From: a virus
Lineage: Duplodnaviria; Caudoviricetes
IMG/VR virus record: IMGVR_UViG_3300017788_000016
Span: 1,372 to 65,371 of that record
Reading direction: 5' to 3' (one strand)
Length of the DNA stretch: 64,000 nucleotides
Shown: in pieces, positions 1-9,244 of the stretch
Layout of the letters: each line of letters opens with the position of its first letter
How positions within the stretch are numbered: position 1 is the first letter of the stretch
Made by a program: the position numbers and the translations under genes
Notes under the pieces: generated by a model
Told to the model about the DNA's origin: nothing
Database searches by the model: none
The model's input: the letters and a program-made list of their open reading frames with translations, nothing else

Positions 1-1
1 G

Positions 2-394
2 CAGGCCACGGGTTCTCAGGCCTATGGAGACCACCTTCTATTTCAGCGTCTCTACGAGGCTATTGACCTCGAGATTGACCAGCTTGGTGAAAAGACCGTG
101 GGTCTTGGCGGCAATCCCCTTGTGGACTCTCGTCATGCCCTGGTGAACATGCCAAGGTTCATCAATGCCGTGGAAGAGGGTCTTGTGATTTCCCCGGATG
201 AGTCTCCTGCCCTGGCAAAGGTAAGAAGAAGCCTTCTGGCCGAGCGTTCCTTCATCACAGCGGGCGAAAAGCTGATGAAGATGCTTGAAAGCAAGGGACA
301 ACTCACTCGTGGCGTGGAGAATCTCCTTGGCGGAATCCTTGACACTCACGAGACCCACGTTTACCTTCTAGAACAGAGAAGCAAGACTACCTGA
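2..394 (+). CDS. dps: Dps/ferritin-like DNA-binding protein (5'-truncated by window edge)
   Basis: Frame is open from nt 2 and reads QATGSQAYGDHLLFQRLYEAIDLEIDQLGEKTVGLGGNP...ILDTHETHVYLL. This matches the Dps pattern H-x-x-F-x-x-L-Y...D-x-x-x-E-x-x-x-x-L-G-G-x-P and the C-terminal HEx-H-x-W/Y-x-L helix. Confidence 0.75.
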   Translation, partial: QATGSQAYGDHLLFQRLYEAIDLEIDQLGEKTVGLGGNPLVDSRHALVNMPRFINAVEEGLVISPDESPALAKVRRSLLAERSFITAGEKLMKMLESKGQLTRGVENLLGGILDTHETHVYLLEQRSKTT

Positions 395-737
395 GAGTAC
401 CACCGGAGACCACCTTAAGGTGATCCGAGGGGAACCAGCCAATCTGCTGATAGGCATCCAGAAAAACAGGGAACACGACCACAGTTTCGTTTCCGCCTAG
501 GGATGCTCCCTGGTTTTGAAGGTGGTGCATCTGAAGGCGATGAACCTTGAGGCCATCTCCCTGGATAACACCAGTGCTACCGGTCTTCACGCCACCCATG
601 GACTTAACCACACCGAAACCATCATAGGTTTGCTGGAGGGAACCATCCGGGTTCGTAACTGGAGCATAGACGTGGACTACCTCGTCCTTGTTGATGTGCA
701 TCATGTTCGAAACTATCTGTACTCTATCGCCCTTCAT
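387..737 (-). CDS. hypothetical protein
   Basis: 116-aa ORF; overlaps the upstream ORF in a tightly packed minus-strand run. Confidence 0.55.
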   Translation of the reverse strand: MKGDRVQIVSNMMHINKDEVVHVYAPVTNPDGSLQQTYDGFGVVKSMGGVKTGSTGVIQGDGLKVHRLQMHHLQNQGASLGGNETVVVFPVFLDAYQQIGWFPSDHLKVVSGGTLR

Positions 738-951
738 GTTCTGCTTCCTTTTCTTTGCGCTCCTCTTCCTCCTCTAGGGAGAGCAGCTCAAGATACGTTT
801 TGTTGATGTCTTCTACCCAATGCTGGCATGCCAAACATACCTGCTTATTCCTATGCTTGTCGCAAAAGATTTTGTGAACGTCATAGATGCTATGACATTC
901 CTGAATGCGCTTAATAGTCGCCTCTAGCCGAGTTTTCTTTTCCTGGTTCAT
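724..951 (-). CDS. hypothetical protein (Cys/His-containing, possible Zn binder)
   Basis: 75 aa; ATGA overlap with the groEL stop; C-x-x-H and C-x-x-C motifs. Confidence 0.5.
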   Translation of the reverse strand: MNQEKKTRLEATIKRIQECHSIYDVHKIFCDKHRNKQVCLACQHWVEDINKTYLELLSLEEEEERKEKEAEHEGR

Positions 952-3749
952 TCAACTTCGTTTACAACCACTGAGTTACAGGTTAGAACAAGACCAACAA
1001 CGCTTGAGGCATGCTCCAGGGCGCAGCGGGTCACCTTCACCGGGTCAATGATGCCCTGAGCCACAAGGTCATCGTACTTGCCTAGGGCAGCATTATAACC
1101 ATGGCGGAAGCGTCTGTCGTTTTCGTCAAGGATCGTACCATCCGTGGCGATGGACTGCTTCTTCATCTTGCTCTTGACGCTCTCAATGTAGGAAATGAGG
1201 TCCTCTGGGGCTACATTTCCAACGTCGATGTAGAAAACCTTGTGATCGCCATGGGATTGTACTAGCTTCTCGATGACGATATCCGGGGATACGCCTGTGT
1301 TACCCACAATTGTTCTAAGTGGAGCCTCACATACATTGGCAATCATCTCAATTCCTGAAACTTCGTCTTGTCCGAGACCAAACGTCAACACGGCTTCCTT
1401 GATTTTGTGTCTAAGATCAAGGGCTGCGTAGAAGAGGGCCGTGCCACCACCCGGAACGATTCCTTCCTGGGTGGCTGCCATGGTTGCATTCACGGCATCC
1501 TCAACTCGGTCTTTTTTCTCTAGGATTTCGACCTCTGTGGAACCACCTACCTTAATGACAGCAATACCACCACTGAGCTTGGCTAGACGTTTTCTGGTCT
1601 TGTCAGTGTGAAGAGCATCCAGAGTTCCCTGTTCCAGAAGAGTCCTTAGATTGGCCACTCTTTGCTCCACAGCGGCCTTTTTGTCCTCACCACCGGATCC
1701 AATGATGGTCGCACCACCCCTGCCAACGATTACCTTCTTTGCCGTACCTAGACTGTCTACCCCGGCGTTCTTGATGGACAAATCGGTCGTGGCTCCAAAA
1801 ACAACGCCTCCAACCAGGGTCTGAATGTCAGAGAGAATGTCTGCACGGTGCTCACCGTAGCTAGGAGCCTTGATGGCACAGACCTTGAGGATACCCTTCG
1901 TCTTGTTGACGATAAGGGTGTGAAGGGCATCGCCTTCCACGTCATCTGCAATGATTAGGAGGCTGCGATTGTTCTTTGCGACACCCTCAAGGATCTTGAT
2001 GATATCCTGGATGGACGAAACCTTGTTTGGAGTCAAGAGAACGTAGGGATTGTCAAGTTCACAGGTGGCCTTCTCGGAATTGGTAACGAAGAAGGGGCTG
2101 ACGTAGCCGCCATCCACTTGCATGCCTTCCACAACCTCCAGGGTCGTCTGAACGCTCTTTGCGGGCTCGATGGTAATGATACCATCCTTGCCAACCTTCT
2201 GAATGGCTGTGGCAATTAGCTCACCAATGGAGCGATCCCCATTGGCCGAGATTGTGCCAACGTTCACAATGTCTTCCACGGAGCTTACAGGAATCTTTCT
2301 TTGCTTGAGGAATTCCAGCACCTCAGCGGTTCCAATGTCCATTCCCTTTTTGAGTCCAATTGAGGAGCGGTTGGTGGAAATCATCTTGATTCCCTCGGAC
2401 AACATGGCTCTGCCCAACACAGTGGCTGTTGTGGTGTTGTGTGTTGGTACATAGTCATTAGTGATGTAAAGATGATCACTGTTGCTAACCTTGATGCACA
2501 TCATTTCTGTCTTTTCACCAAGCTTCTCTATGCCTTTGAGCCTCAAACCATACCTGTTCCCTTTCAGTTCACAAATTCTGTGTATGATTCCAGTTCCAAA
2601 GGACCCATCATTTTCTTTTCTATGATATGCTTTATGATATACCGATTTGCCCAGGCTTTTGCACAGCTCGATAAAATCACGGCAAAGCTGATCGCTTGCC
2701 GTACTGTATTCAAAAAGACCTTTCTTGTTGACGTATCCGTCAGTGTCAATTAGTCCCTGAAGTAGACGGTTACGAGTATCGATGGAAGAAAACAGGTATT
2801 GCTTCGGAATGAACTTGTTACGACTGTTTGTCCCAAGCAATCCGAGGTCGGTCAAATGAGTTTTTATCACCGACTTCAAACCTACTGGCTTACGGTTCTT
2901 TCGTTCGCTGCCTGTGATTGTCGCTTTAATATAGTGCTTGTTGTCACGATAGAATTGTTTTCTGAGCTTTGTTCCGGTTGGTAGAATCAAATTATCGAGC
3001 ATGTGCTCTTGATGTAGTCCCACAGCGATTTCTACATCATGCATGAAAGACAGGCTTCCATCTCCGAGCAGAACGCCCAGCAGATATGGATCAATCGGAA
3101 TCTCTGTATTCGACGCAAATTCTACAACTGTAGGTTTGATGAAGTATTTGCCGCCCCCGTGGCCGCTTCTTTCGACTCCATTTTCCAACAATTGCTTCGT
3201 TGTTAGCGTTTTTTTGCAGCCACGCAGGGTTGTGACGCTCCATAGATGCTCTTCGCTACATTCCACAAAACGACTGTCTGTGTTTCCATCTGAGAAAGTG
3301 ACCTTGTAGATATCTTTTATGCCTTTGTTGTAAACGCCAAGAACACTTTGCACGGTTCCGTTTGTCCCACAAATAGCATCTCCAACCCTTAGACTTCCTA
3401 GGTTGGTCCACCCTTTGGGTGTTAAAACCTTGGCATAGGTTGGTTGCGGCCCATCGCCAGCAATTTCATTCGTCTTACCAGCAATTTCCTTGAGAAGCTC
3501 TGCTCCCATGGACTGGAGTCTGTCTCGGAGCTTGATGGAACGAGCCACCGTCACACCATCCTTGGTGATTTGAGGAGGCCCGGTTTCCATGTCAATGATA
3601 ACCGAGTGACCGCTTGGTCCCATGGTGCTCGCCACTGCGTCCGCAAGGATGTTGGCTCCCTTTAGAAGCTCATCGTGGGCCCTTGGGGCAAACACAACCG
3701 TTTGCGTGGGTTCATCAACAAACGTAGAAGGCTGCTTTGTCTTTGTCAT
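948..3749 (-). CDS. groEL: phage chaperonin GroEL (Cpn60) with an intein and a portal-clip-like insertion
   Basis: Motifs [81 protein letters not shown] and [10 protein letters not shown]. About 595 aa after intein removal; no GGM tail. Confidence 0.97.
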   Translation of the reverse strand: MTKTKQPSTFVDEPTQTVVFAPRAHDELLKGANILADAVASTMGPSGHSVIIDMETGPPQITKDGVTVARSIKLRDRLQSMGAELLKEIAGKTNEIAGDGPQPTYAKVLTPKGWTNLGSLRVGDAICGTNGTVQSVLGVYNKGIKDIYKVTFSDGNTDSRFVECSEEHLWSVTTLRGCKKTLTTKQLLENGVERSGHGGGKYFIKPTVVEFASNTEIPIDPYLLGVLLGDGSLSFMHDVEIAVGLHQEHMLDNLILPTGTKLRKQFYRDNKHYIKATITGSERKNRKPVGLKSVIKTHLTDLGLLGTNSRNKFIPKQYLFSSIDTRNRLLQGLIDTDGYVNKKGLFEYSTASDQLCRDFIELCKSLGKSVYHKAYHRKENDGSFGTGIIHRICELKGNRYGLRLKGIEKLGEKTEMMCIKVSNSDHLYITNDYVPTHNTTTATVLGRAMLSEGIKMISTNRSSIGLKKGMDIGTAEVLEFLKQRKIPVSSVEDIVNVGTISANGDRSIGELIATAIQKVGKDGIITIEPAKSVQTTLEVVEGMQVDGGYVSPFFVTNSEKATCELDNPYVLLTPNKVSSIQDIIKILEGVAKNNRSLLIIADDVEGDALHTLIVNKTKGILKVCAIKAPSYGEHRADILSDIQTLVGGVVFGATTDLSIKNAGVDSLGTAKKVIVGRGGATIIGSGGEDKKAAVEQRVANLRTLLEQGTLDALHTDKTRKRLAKLSGGIAVIKVGGSTEVEILEKKDRVEDAVNATMAATQEGIVPGGGTALFYAALDLRHKIKEAVLTFGLGQDEVSGIEMIANVCEAPLRTIVGNTGVSPDIVIEKLVQSHGDHKVFYIDVGNVAPEDLISYIESVKSKMKKQSIATDGTILDENDRRFRHGYNAALGKYDDLVAQGIIDPVKVTRCALEHASSVVGLVLTCNSVVVNEVE
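2436..3449 (-). mobile_element. class-3-type intein (Pro1, WCT signature) with LAGLIDADG endonuclease in GroEL
   Basis: 338 aa between AGDG and TTTATVL. Starts [14 protein letters not shown]; block B ECSEEHLW; blocks F/G MMCIKV...YVPTHN; Thr+1. LAGLIDADG motifs [11 protein letters not shown] and [11 protein letters not shown]. Confidence 0.93.
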
Positions 3750-3753
3750 TCTA

Positions 3754-4365
3754 TCACTGTCCTCTAAGGTTCAAGCGGACTTTCTTGCCATCCGGCAATA
3801 CGACTTCCTCGCTATCAATTAATGTACCATCAGCAGAGGTTTCGTCATCTGGCTGCAATTTCTGTCTTAGCTCATTTCTAAGCTGTTCCCTGCTCTGGTC
3901 CCTGCCCCTCTGCTGAGGAACTGTAATGTTCTGATCTGTTGGTCTCAGTGCATGAGTCTCAAAGTCGTTGATGAGATTTTCAGGCGCAATCTTGCTTGTG
4001 GTATCCTCTGCCAGTCCGGTGCCATCATAGGACTCACTCCTTGAGGAAGACACCTGTCTGCCATACCAAGTTTCAACCTTCTTCTCGGCCTCGGTTACAA
4101 GATCGTCAAGAAAGGAAGAAAGCCGCTTGTAGAGAATGTCCCGAATCTCATCGAGGGAGCTATAGATTTCTCCGTCAAGCCTATTGGAGTCAATGACTCT
4201 CTCCTTGCCTGGCGGACCAAAGGAAACCTTCCAGGAAACGTGGTTTCCGTCAAGTTTCTTTACGACAATCTCCTCAACGACCACGGCAGGAACAATCTTC
4301 TGCTTGACATTGGAAAGGACGTAGATAACCTGCCCAATGGACAGGGATTTATTGGAATTGCTCAT
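3754..4365 (-). CDS. hypothetical protein
   Basis: 203-aa ORF ending 4 nt before the groEL start; AAGGG RBS-like sequence upstream. Confidence 0.7.
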   Translation of the reverse strand: MSNSNKSLSIGQVIYVLSNVKQKIVPAVVVEEIVVKKLDGNHVSWKVSFGPPGKERVIDSNRLDGEIYSSLDEIRDILYKRLSSFLDDLVTEAEKKVETWYGRQVSSSRSESYDGTGLAEDTTSKIAPENLINDFETHALRPTDQNITVPQQRGRDQSREQLRNELRQKLQPDDETSADGTLIDSEEVVLPDGKKVRLNLRGQ

Positions 4366-4414
4366 TGTTCCCTTTCGAGTAGGAGACGACTATGGCCCAA
4401 AGGAAAGACTCAGG

Positions 4415-4606
4415 TCACTTCTTGCCAAGCTGCTTCATCATGTCCTCTGTGAGAACAAGAATGACCTCCTGACCCCCGGTCTTCTTTTCGTAGGGGGTAA
4501 GGTCAATGGCGACCAGCTTCTCACGCAACTTCTGGTTGTTGACGTGTCCGCCGTAGTTCTCAAAGAGATACACTAGCTTATCGATAACAGATGGGTGCAA
4601 CTTCAT
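4415..4606 (-). CDS. hypothetical protein
   Basis: 63-aa ORF packed 2 nt after the upstream stop. Confidence 0.55.
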   Translation of the reverse strand: MKLHPSVIDKLVYLFENYGGHVNNQKLREKLVAIDLTPYEKKTGGQEVILVLTEDMMKQLGKK

Positions 4607-4608
4607 TG

Positions 4609-5049
4609 TCAGTTCCTTTTCTTCGAGGACTTCTTCGCCTCGTGTTCCTCAATCTTGCTCTCTTTTTGCTTTTGTGCAGCGGCCTGCAAGGCAGGTGCCT
4701 TGGAGAACACCTTGTCCAGGATCTTCTTGCCTTCTGTCTGGGCTAGCTTGAGAGGCTGCATACCAACGGCCACTCTAACCATGTCGTTGATTTCTGGTGG
4801 GAGTTTCTCCTTGAGAAACTCCATGTCAATGTATTTGTGGGGGATCTGATCCACGACCTCGGCTTCTCTTCCCTGATCGTCCGGTTCTGTTTCTCCGGTG
4901 TGATGGTACTCGAAGATGAAAAGGACCGGTGGCATCTTCTTGTCCTTCTGTACCTCGATATAGGGGAATGGAATTGCCTTGGCGTCTGCGGAGGATGGTT
5001 CCTCGTAAAGGATTACAGGGATTTCGTACTTCTCTTGTTCGTTGCTCAT
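4609..5049 (-). CDS. hypothetical protein
   Basis: 146 aa; ATGA overlap with the upstream ORF; phage-like codon usage. Confidence 0.7.
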   Translation of the reverse strand: MSNEQEKYEIPVILYEEPSSADAKAIPFPYIEVQKDKKMPPVLFIFEYHHTGETEPDDQGREAEVVDQIPHKYIDMEFLKEKLPPEINDMVRVAVGMQPLKLAQTEGKKILDKVFSKAPALQAAAQKQKESKIEEHEAKKSSKKRN

Positions 5050-5369
5050 TTTTTCATTCCGTGTTTGATCATTGCTAGAATCTCGCCCGCCGCAGTGCTC
5101 ATAGTGTGTCTGGCGTAGGACTCGTTGATAACAATATTGTACAACTCCATCTGTTTGTTTGAGTCTGGATGAATTTCGTAGATATTGATCCCGGTGTCTC
5201 CTGAGGTGACAGGGCAGAAGAGAACCATGCAGGGAGCATTCAGGTGGTCCTCAAAAATCTCCTGTTTGAACGTCCCCCTGATGTGCTCAATTTGTTCTGC
5301 AAAATGCGTGGGACTTAGATTGCCCATTGGGACGTTGAAGACGATGACATAGGCCTTGAGATGGCCCAT
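5046..5369 (-). CDS. small protein resembling a stand-alone portal clip domain
   Basis: VFNVPMGNLSPTHFAEQIEHIRGTFK...LFCPVTSGDTGINI aligns by eye with portal [26 protein letters not shown]...YFLPVRGNQTGTKI. ATG at 5369 follows GAGG; an alternative GTG start lies at 5396. Confidence 0.55.
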   Translation of the reverse strand: MGHLKAYVIVFNVPMGNLSPTHFAEQIEHIRGTFKQEIFEDHLNAPCMVLFCPVTSGDTGINIYEIHPDSNKQMELYNIVINESYARHTMSTAAGEILAMIKHGMKK

Positions 5370-5392
5370 GGCCTCGCCTTCCTCGGTCTCAG

Positions 5393-5656
5393 TCACAGGT
5401 TCTCTTTCCGCTCAAGAATCTCTACGAAGGTATCGAAAGTGTCCTTATAGCCGACCTTCTTCTTGATCTTCACGGTTCTCATGGCCGCCTGAAGGGTCTT
5501 AATGTCGAGCTTGTCCGAAAACTCCTCAATGAGTTCCTTCTGGTCCTCCTTGAGGGTCTCGATCTCGTGCTCGATGACCTTGAAACGCTCTATAAACTGA
5601 TCCACCAACTCGGTAAGCTCACCAATTTCGTCTGGCTGACGCTCTGCTGCATCCAT
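5393..5656 (-). CDS. GapR/DUF2312-like (T4 DsbA-like) dsDNA-binding protein
   Basis: LVDQFIERFKVIEHEIETLKEDQKELIEE...LDIKTLQAAMRTVKIKKK fits the GapR coiled-coil plus D-x-K-x-L...K pattern; ATG at 5656 follows AAGGA. Confidence 0.65.
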   Translation of the reverse strand: MDAAERQPDEIGELTELVDQFIERFKVIEHEIETLKEDQKELIEEFSDKLDIKTLQAAMRTVKIKKKVGYKDTFDTFVEILERKENL

Positions 5657-5730
5657 TTTACTCGTCCTTTGTGGCAGGAAAGTGCCTGCCATCGAGACTA
5701 GAATAGGAATCCGCAAATGGATGTATGGAG

Positions 5731-6831
5731 CTACTGAATGGCGTTAATCTTCTGAATTGCCTGAGTAACCATGGGCTTTGCAGCTGGGTTAACCGTAAGG
5801 AGTGTTTCAAGCTGACGAACATAGGCTGGCTTCAACATGTCCTTAACGGTTGCCACGATCTTTTTCTGAAGTTCCTGGTCCTTCTCAATGTCAGCCAGGA
5901 TTTTGTCATCGGTCTCGCCCTTACCAAGGGAGGAAATGGCCTTTTGATAGTTCGCACCAAGCTTTGCCTTCATCTGAGGGAAATTAAAAGACAGGTCCTT
6001 AACGGCAGCCCTCACAATGTAGTTCACGGCCTCTCCCTGCATGGCCCTGGCAACCTTGGAGCCTGCAATCTGCTTCTTAATGTCGGGCCTTCTAAGGAGA
6101 CCGGCCAACTGAGAACGCAACCAGGCCTCAGGGTTTTGTTTGGTCTGAGGAGCCTGTGGAGCCTGTTTAGGGGTAGGAGTCTGAACAGGCGCTCTCTGCT
6201 CCCAGATACCACCATAATCCCCACCGAGGTCGCCCATATCGGCATAACCCCCAGAGTCATACCCATATTCCGAGGAGTGCTGCCTGGTAGTTACCCTGCC
6301 TCCACCCGTTTTCATGTCTCTGTAGGATTTTAGGATTGAGGCAACAGCCTCCGAACCACCGGTCAGGACACCCAGAAGCTCCAGAGCAACCTCCGGGGCC
6401 TTGGATACCATTTTTTGGGCAATGGCTGCCTGAGGGTGAAGCAGGAAAAGAGTTCCCCAAACGTCCGGGTTATTAAAGGCTTGCCAGTTTCTATCGAGAA
6501 CGTCCTTGAATTGGCCGTCAATCTCACCGAGGCGAGCAGCCATTTTCTGGCGATCCTGAGCTGCCATGGCCCTGAGAGAACCAGCCTCGGGCTTGATGAA
6601 AGGGATGAAAAGGAAGGCCAACTGTTTCACCAGAAGCTTTGCCTCCCCTTGGGCGGTGGCCGAAATCTTCTCCACACCATGGGCTGCCGTGGCAATGATA
6701 TCCGTAAAGGGTTCAACAAAGGCCTTGTAGAGAACATCATTGCTAAAGTCAGTCTGTTCTGCTAGCAGTGCCTCCTCAATGGTCTTTCTGACAAGCTCCT
6801 CAAGAAGTCTTTTTTGGCTTGGCTTGTTCAT
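5731..6831 (-). CDS. hypothetical protein, possible internal head protein
   Basis: 366 aa; N-terminal LLEELVRKTIEEALLAE motif resembles those of other putative virion proteins in the window. Confidence 0.7.
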   Translation of the reverse strand: MNKPSQKRLLEELVRKTIEEALLAEQTDFSNDVLYKAFVEPFTDIIATAAHGVEKISATAQGEAKLLVKQLAFLFIPFIKPEAGSLRAMAAQDRQKMAARLGEIDGQFKDVLDRNWQAFNNPDVWGTLFLLHPQAAIAQKMVSKAPEVALELLGVLTGGSEAVASILKSYRDMKTGGGRVTTRQHSSEYGYDSGGYADMGDLGGDYGGIWEQRAPVQTPTPKQAPQAPQTKQNPEAWLRSQLAGLLRRPDIKKQIAGSKVARAMQGEAVNYIVRAAVKDLSFNFPQMKAKLGANYQKAISSLGKGETDDKILADIEKDQELQKKIVATVKDMLKPAYVRQLETLLTVNPAAKPMVTQAIQKINAIQ

Positions 6832-7159
6832 CTTTCTTCCTTTTCTCGGCTGCTAGCGTGCGAATCTGGTTGTACTTCCTGAGGCCCCATCCTGGGCGTC
6901 TACGAATCCAGGTTGGATCGTGCCTCATGTTTTCTGGGATGGAAAGCAGGATGCCTGTGTTCCTCTTCCAGTAGTTGATGATTTCCAGTTCGAAGTTGTT
7001 CAGTGTGTGCTTCTTGCTGGAGTAATGTCTCCTGGAAAAGAGCTTCCTTCTCTCCTTCGAGAGTCTCCACAGAATTTCCTTCTTGACGGAAAGCCAATTG
7101 TCGGTGCCCACAGCGAATGCCATGACGTAATCCACTGTATCCCTGATGATTGGTTCCAT
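6800..7159 (-). CDS. hypothetical basic protein
   Basis: 119-aa ORF preceded by TATTTA on the minus strand (7180-7185). Confidence 0.6.
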   Translation of the reverse strand: MEPIIRDTVDYVMAFAVGTDNWLSVKKEILWRLSKERRKLFSRRHYSSKKHTLNNFELEIINYWKRNTGILLSIPENMRHDPTWIRRRPGWGLRKYNQIRTLAAEKRKKDEQAKPKKTS

Positions 7160-7231
7160 AGTGACTCTGAGATTATCTGTAAATAGCGTGGAAGGCTACC
7201 AATTAGGAGACCATATATATTTCTAGGAATC

Positions 7232-7807
7232 ATGAGACAGACCATCGGACTAATCGCAGGCGGCTTCAAGCCTCTCACTCGTGGACACTGGGCGCTTATT
7301 GAGAAGGCCTCAAATGAATGTGACTTGGTTCACTTAGTCATTTCAAGCAAGGATAGAGAGCGTCCAGGCGAGCTGCCAATTCGATGGGAACAGATGGGTA
7401 AGGTTTGGAATGAGTTCATCGTTCCTCGACTCCCTAAGAACGTCAAGGCCACTTTTTCAAGTGCTCCAATCCGAAACATAATGGACATTCTCATTTCTGC
7501 CAATGCAGACGAGAACAATCTCAACACCTATTTCATCTACTCGGATCCGGCCGACATTGCTGCAAACTACCCAGACCGTGCTCGTGAGAAGTACATGAAG
7601 AGACTTCTGGGTAATGATCAGATCGTGTTCAAGGAAATTGAACGCACAGGCGGAAACAACATTTCCGGTACGATCATGAGGAAGCACATTGCCGATGGCG
7701 ACCTAAAGTCCTTCATCGCAGGCCTACCTGGCCCGGTTCAGATGTTTGGACCTGAGATTTTCCGAATCCTTGGCGGAACGATTCCCTCTAAGGCAAAGCC
7801 TAGCTAG
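7232..7807 (+). CDS. HIGH-motif nucleotidyltransferase (cytidylyltransferase-like)
   Basis: IGLIAGGFKPLTRGHWALI (HxGH-type motif) and C-terminal ISGTIMRKHI. Confidence 0.8.
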   Translation: MRQTIGLIAGGFKPLTRGHWALIEKASNECDLVHLVISSKDRERPGELPIRWEQMGKVWNEFIVPRLPKNVKATFSSAPIRNIMDILISANADENNLNTYFIYSDPADIAANYPDRAREKYMKRLLGNDQIVFKEIERTGGNNISGTIMRKHIADGDLKSFIAGLPGPVQMFGPEIFRILGGTIPSKAKPS

Positions 7808-7812
7808 ACCCG

Positions 7813-9192
7813 TTAGGACTTAACCTTGGTGGCTCCACGGAGCTTCACCTTGATTTCGTTTGGCTCCACACTGGACTGTGTGTTGCGTACCTCCACAAGG
7901 TAGTTTCCTGTGGTGGTTGTAATCTTCACGCTAAGCTGCTTCGTGGCTCTTTCCTTGGACCAGAACGGATAGGTCGCAACCACAGAGGTTACGGCACCAA
8001 GCTTCTCTAGAGTCTTTTTGGCTGTGGTAAGGTCAAGCACGTCAACCTTGTCTCCACCACGCTTGCGGACATACCAATATCCGTAACCATAGGCGGCTGC
8101 AAGGAATTGCTGAATTTTGACTGCATTGAAGCTCACAGGCACATTGATGAGGGGCTTCTTTGTTGGGACTCTGTTTGCGTAGTCCGTAATGCCCTTGGCC
8201 ACAAGGTTCTTGTCGATACCCAGGGCTTCCACAATGAATTCATCTAGCTTGTGTGGCTGAGGCCTGATTACAGCCTTTGTGCCGACCATCTGACTGATAA
8301 AGGCTCCCTTGTAACCGGAATTGGCAAAGGTAAGACCATCCTCATTCTTAAGGGATACATACATTCGATTTCCGTTCTTGAGCAAAATGTCCATGTCAGA
8401 AATCATAGGACCAACGTTCTCGAGAGTGGTACTAAGAGGTCTCTTGACTCTCTTTGCGCTCGCAATGTTGACGCCAGCTACCATGGCAGGGCTTAGTCCT
8501 AGACCCTGGAAAACCTGCTTGGAGAAGTTGTCGAATTTGCCTTTAACAGCATTGGACATGGACTTGAGAGCCACCTCTTCAAACTTCTGACCCTCATTTC
8601 GACCCTGACCATAGACGAACTTGATCTTCTGAGCAATGCTGGGCTTGGAAATGACATAGGTGTTGAACTTGGTGGAGCTTGCACCAGCCTGACCTGGCTT
8701 TATGATTTTCACCACCGAGAGCTTTGCAGTCTTGAGCATTCGGAGCACGGCGTCTGGACTAGGAGGATCATTGCTGTCCACTGGCTGAATTCTCCAGGCA
8801 CCCTTCTTTTGACCAGAGGCTCTTAGGGTGTTGCTAGACTTCTTGATGAGCATGTCCATGGCCGACTTGATGGTCTCAGGCCTTGCTGAGGATGGCATAC
8901 GATCCTCAACAACCTCTTCCTCAAGCTCCGTTACAGGAGTCGCAGAAGCAGTGGTGTCATCACCGAAGGTCTCCTCATCGGTCTCACCACGTTCCATTTT
9001 CTGAGTGTCATCCCTGAGTGCCGCCAGAATTATTGCATCGGGTAGTGCAGCCTCAGATTCTTGCTCAATGTTGGCGGTGGTTTCAACACCAGATTGAGCC
9101 ATGGTCAGATTGGAAGGTCCAGTTTCCCTGGGTTCATTTTCGACCTCAGCGAACATTTCCTTCATGCTTTCTCTTAGCGTAATTCGTTTCAT
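7813..9192 (-). CDS. hypothetical protein with possible PD-(D/E)xK-like C-terminal domain
   Basis: 459 aa. Acidic N-terminus starting MKRITLRESMKEMFAE; C-terminal GQKFEE...ISDMDI...YVSLK pattern. Confidence 0.6.
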   Translation of the reverse strand: MKRITLRESMKEMFAEVENEPRETGPSNLTMAQSGVETTANIEQESEAALPDAIILAALRDDTQKMERGETDEETFGDDTTASATPVTELEEEVVEDRMPSSARPETIKSAMDMLIKKSSNTLRASGQKKGAWRIQPVDSNDPPSPDAVLRMLKTAKLSVVKIIKPGQAGASSTKFNTYVISKPSIAQKIKFVYGQGRNEGQKFEEVALKSMSNAVKGKFDNFSKQVFQGLGLSPAMVAGVNIASAKRVKRPLSTTLENVGPMISDMDILLKNGNRMYVSLKNEDGLTFANSGYKGAFISQMVGTKAVIRPQPHKLDEFIVEALGIDKNLVAKGITDYANRVPTKKPLINVPVSFNAVKIQQFLAAAYGYGYWYVRKRGGDKVDVLDLTTAKKTLEKLGAVTSVVATYPFWSKERATKQLSVKITTTTGNYLVEVRNTQSSVEPNEIKVKLRGATKVKS

Positions 9193-9244
9193 TTATACAC
9201 TCTGGGTCAGTTGCCAATAATTACTCACAATCAGAGGTTTTCTT

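Noticed and set aside
387-737. Possible GroES co-chaperonin downstream of groEL
   Set aside because: The MKGDRV start is only superficially similar; the PLxDRV, mobile-loop GGI and VGDxV patterns are not convincing
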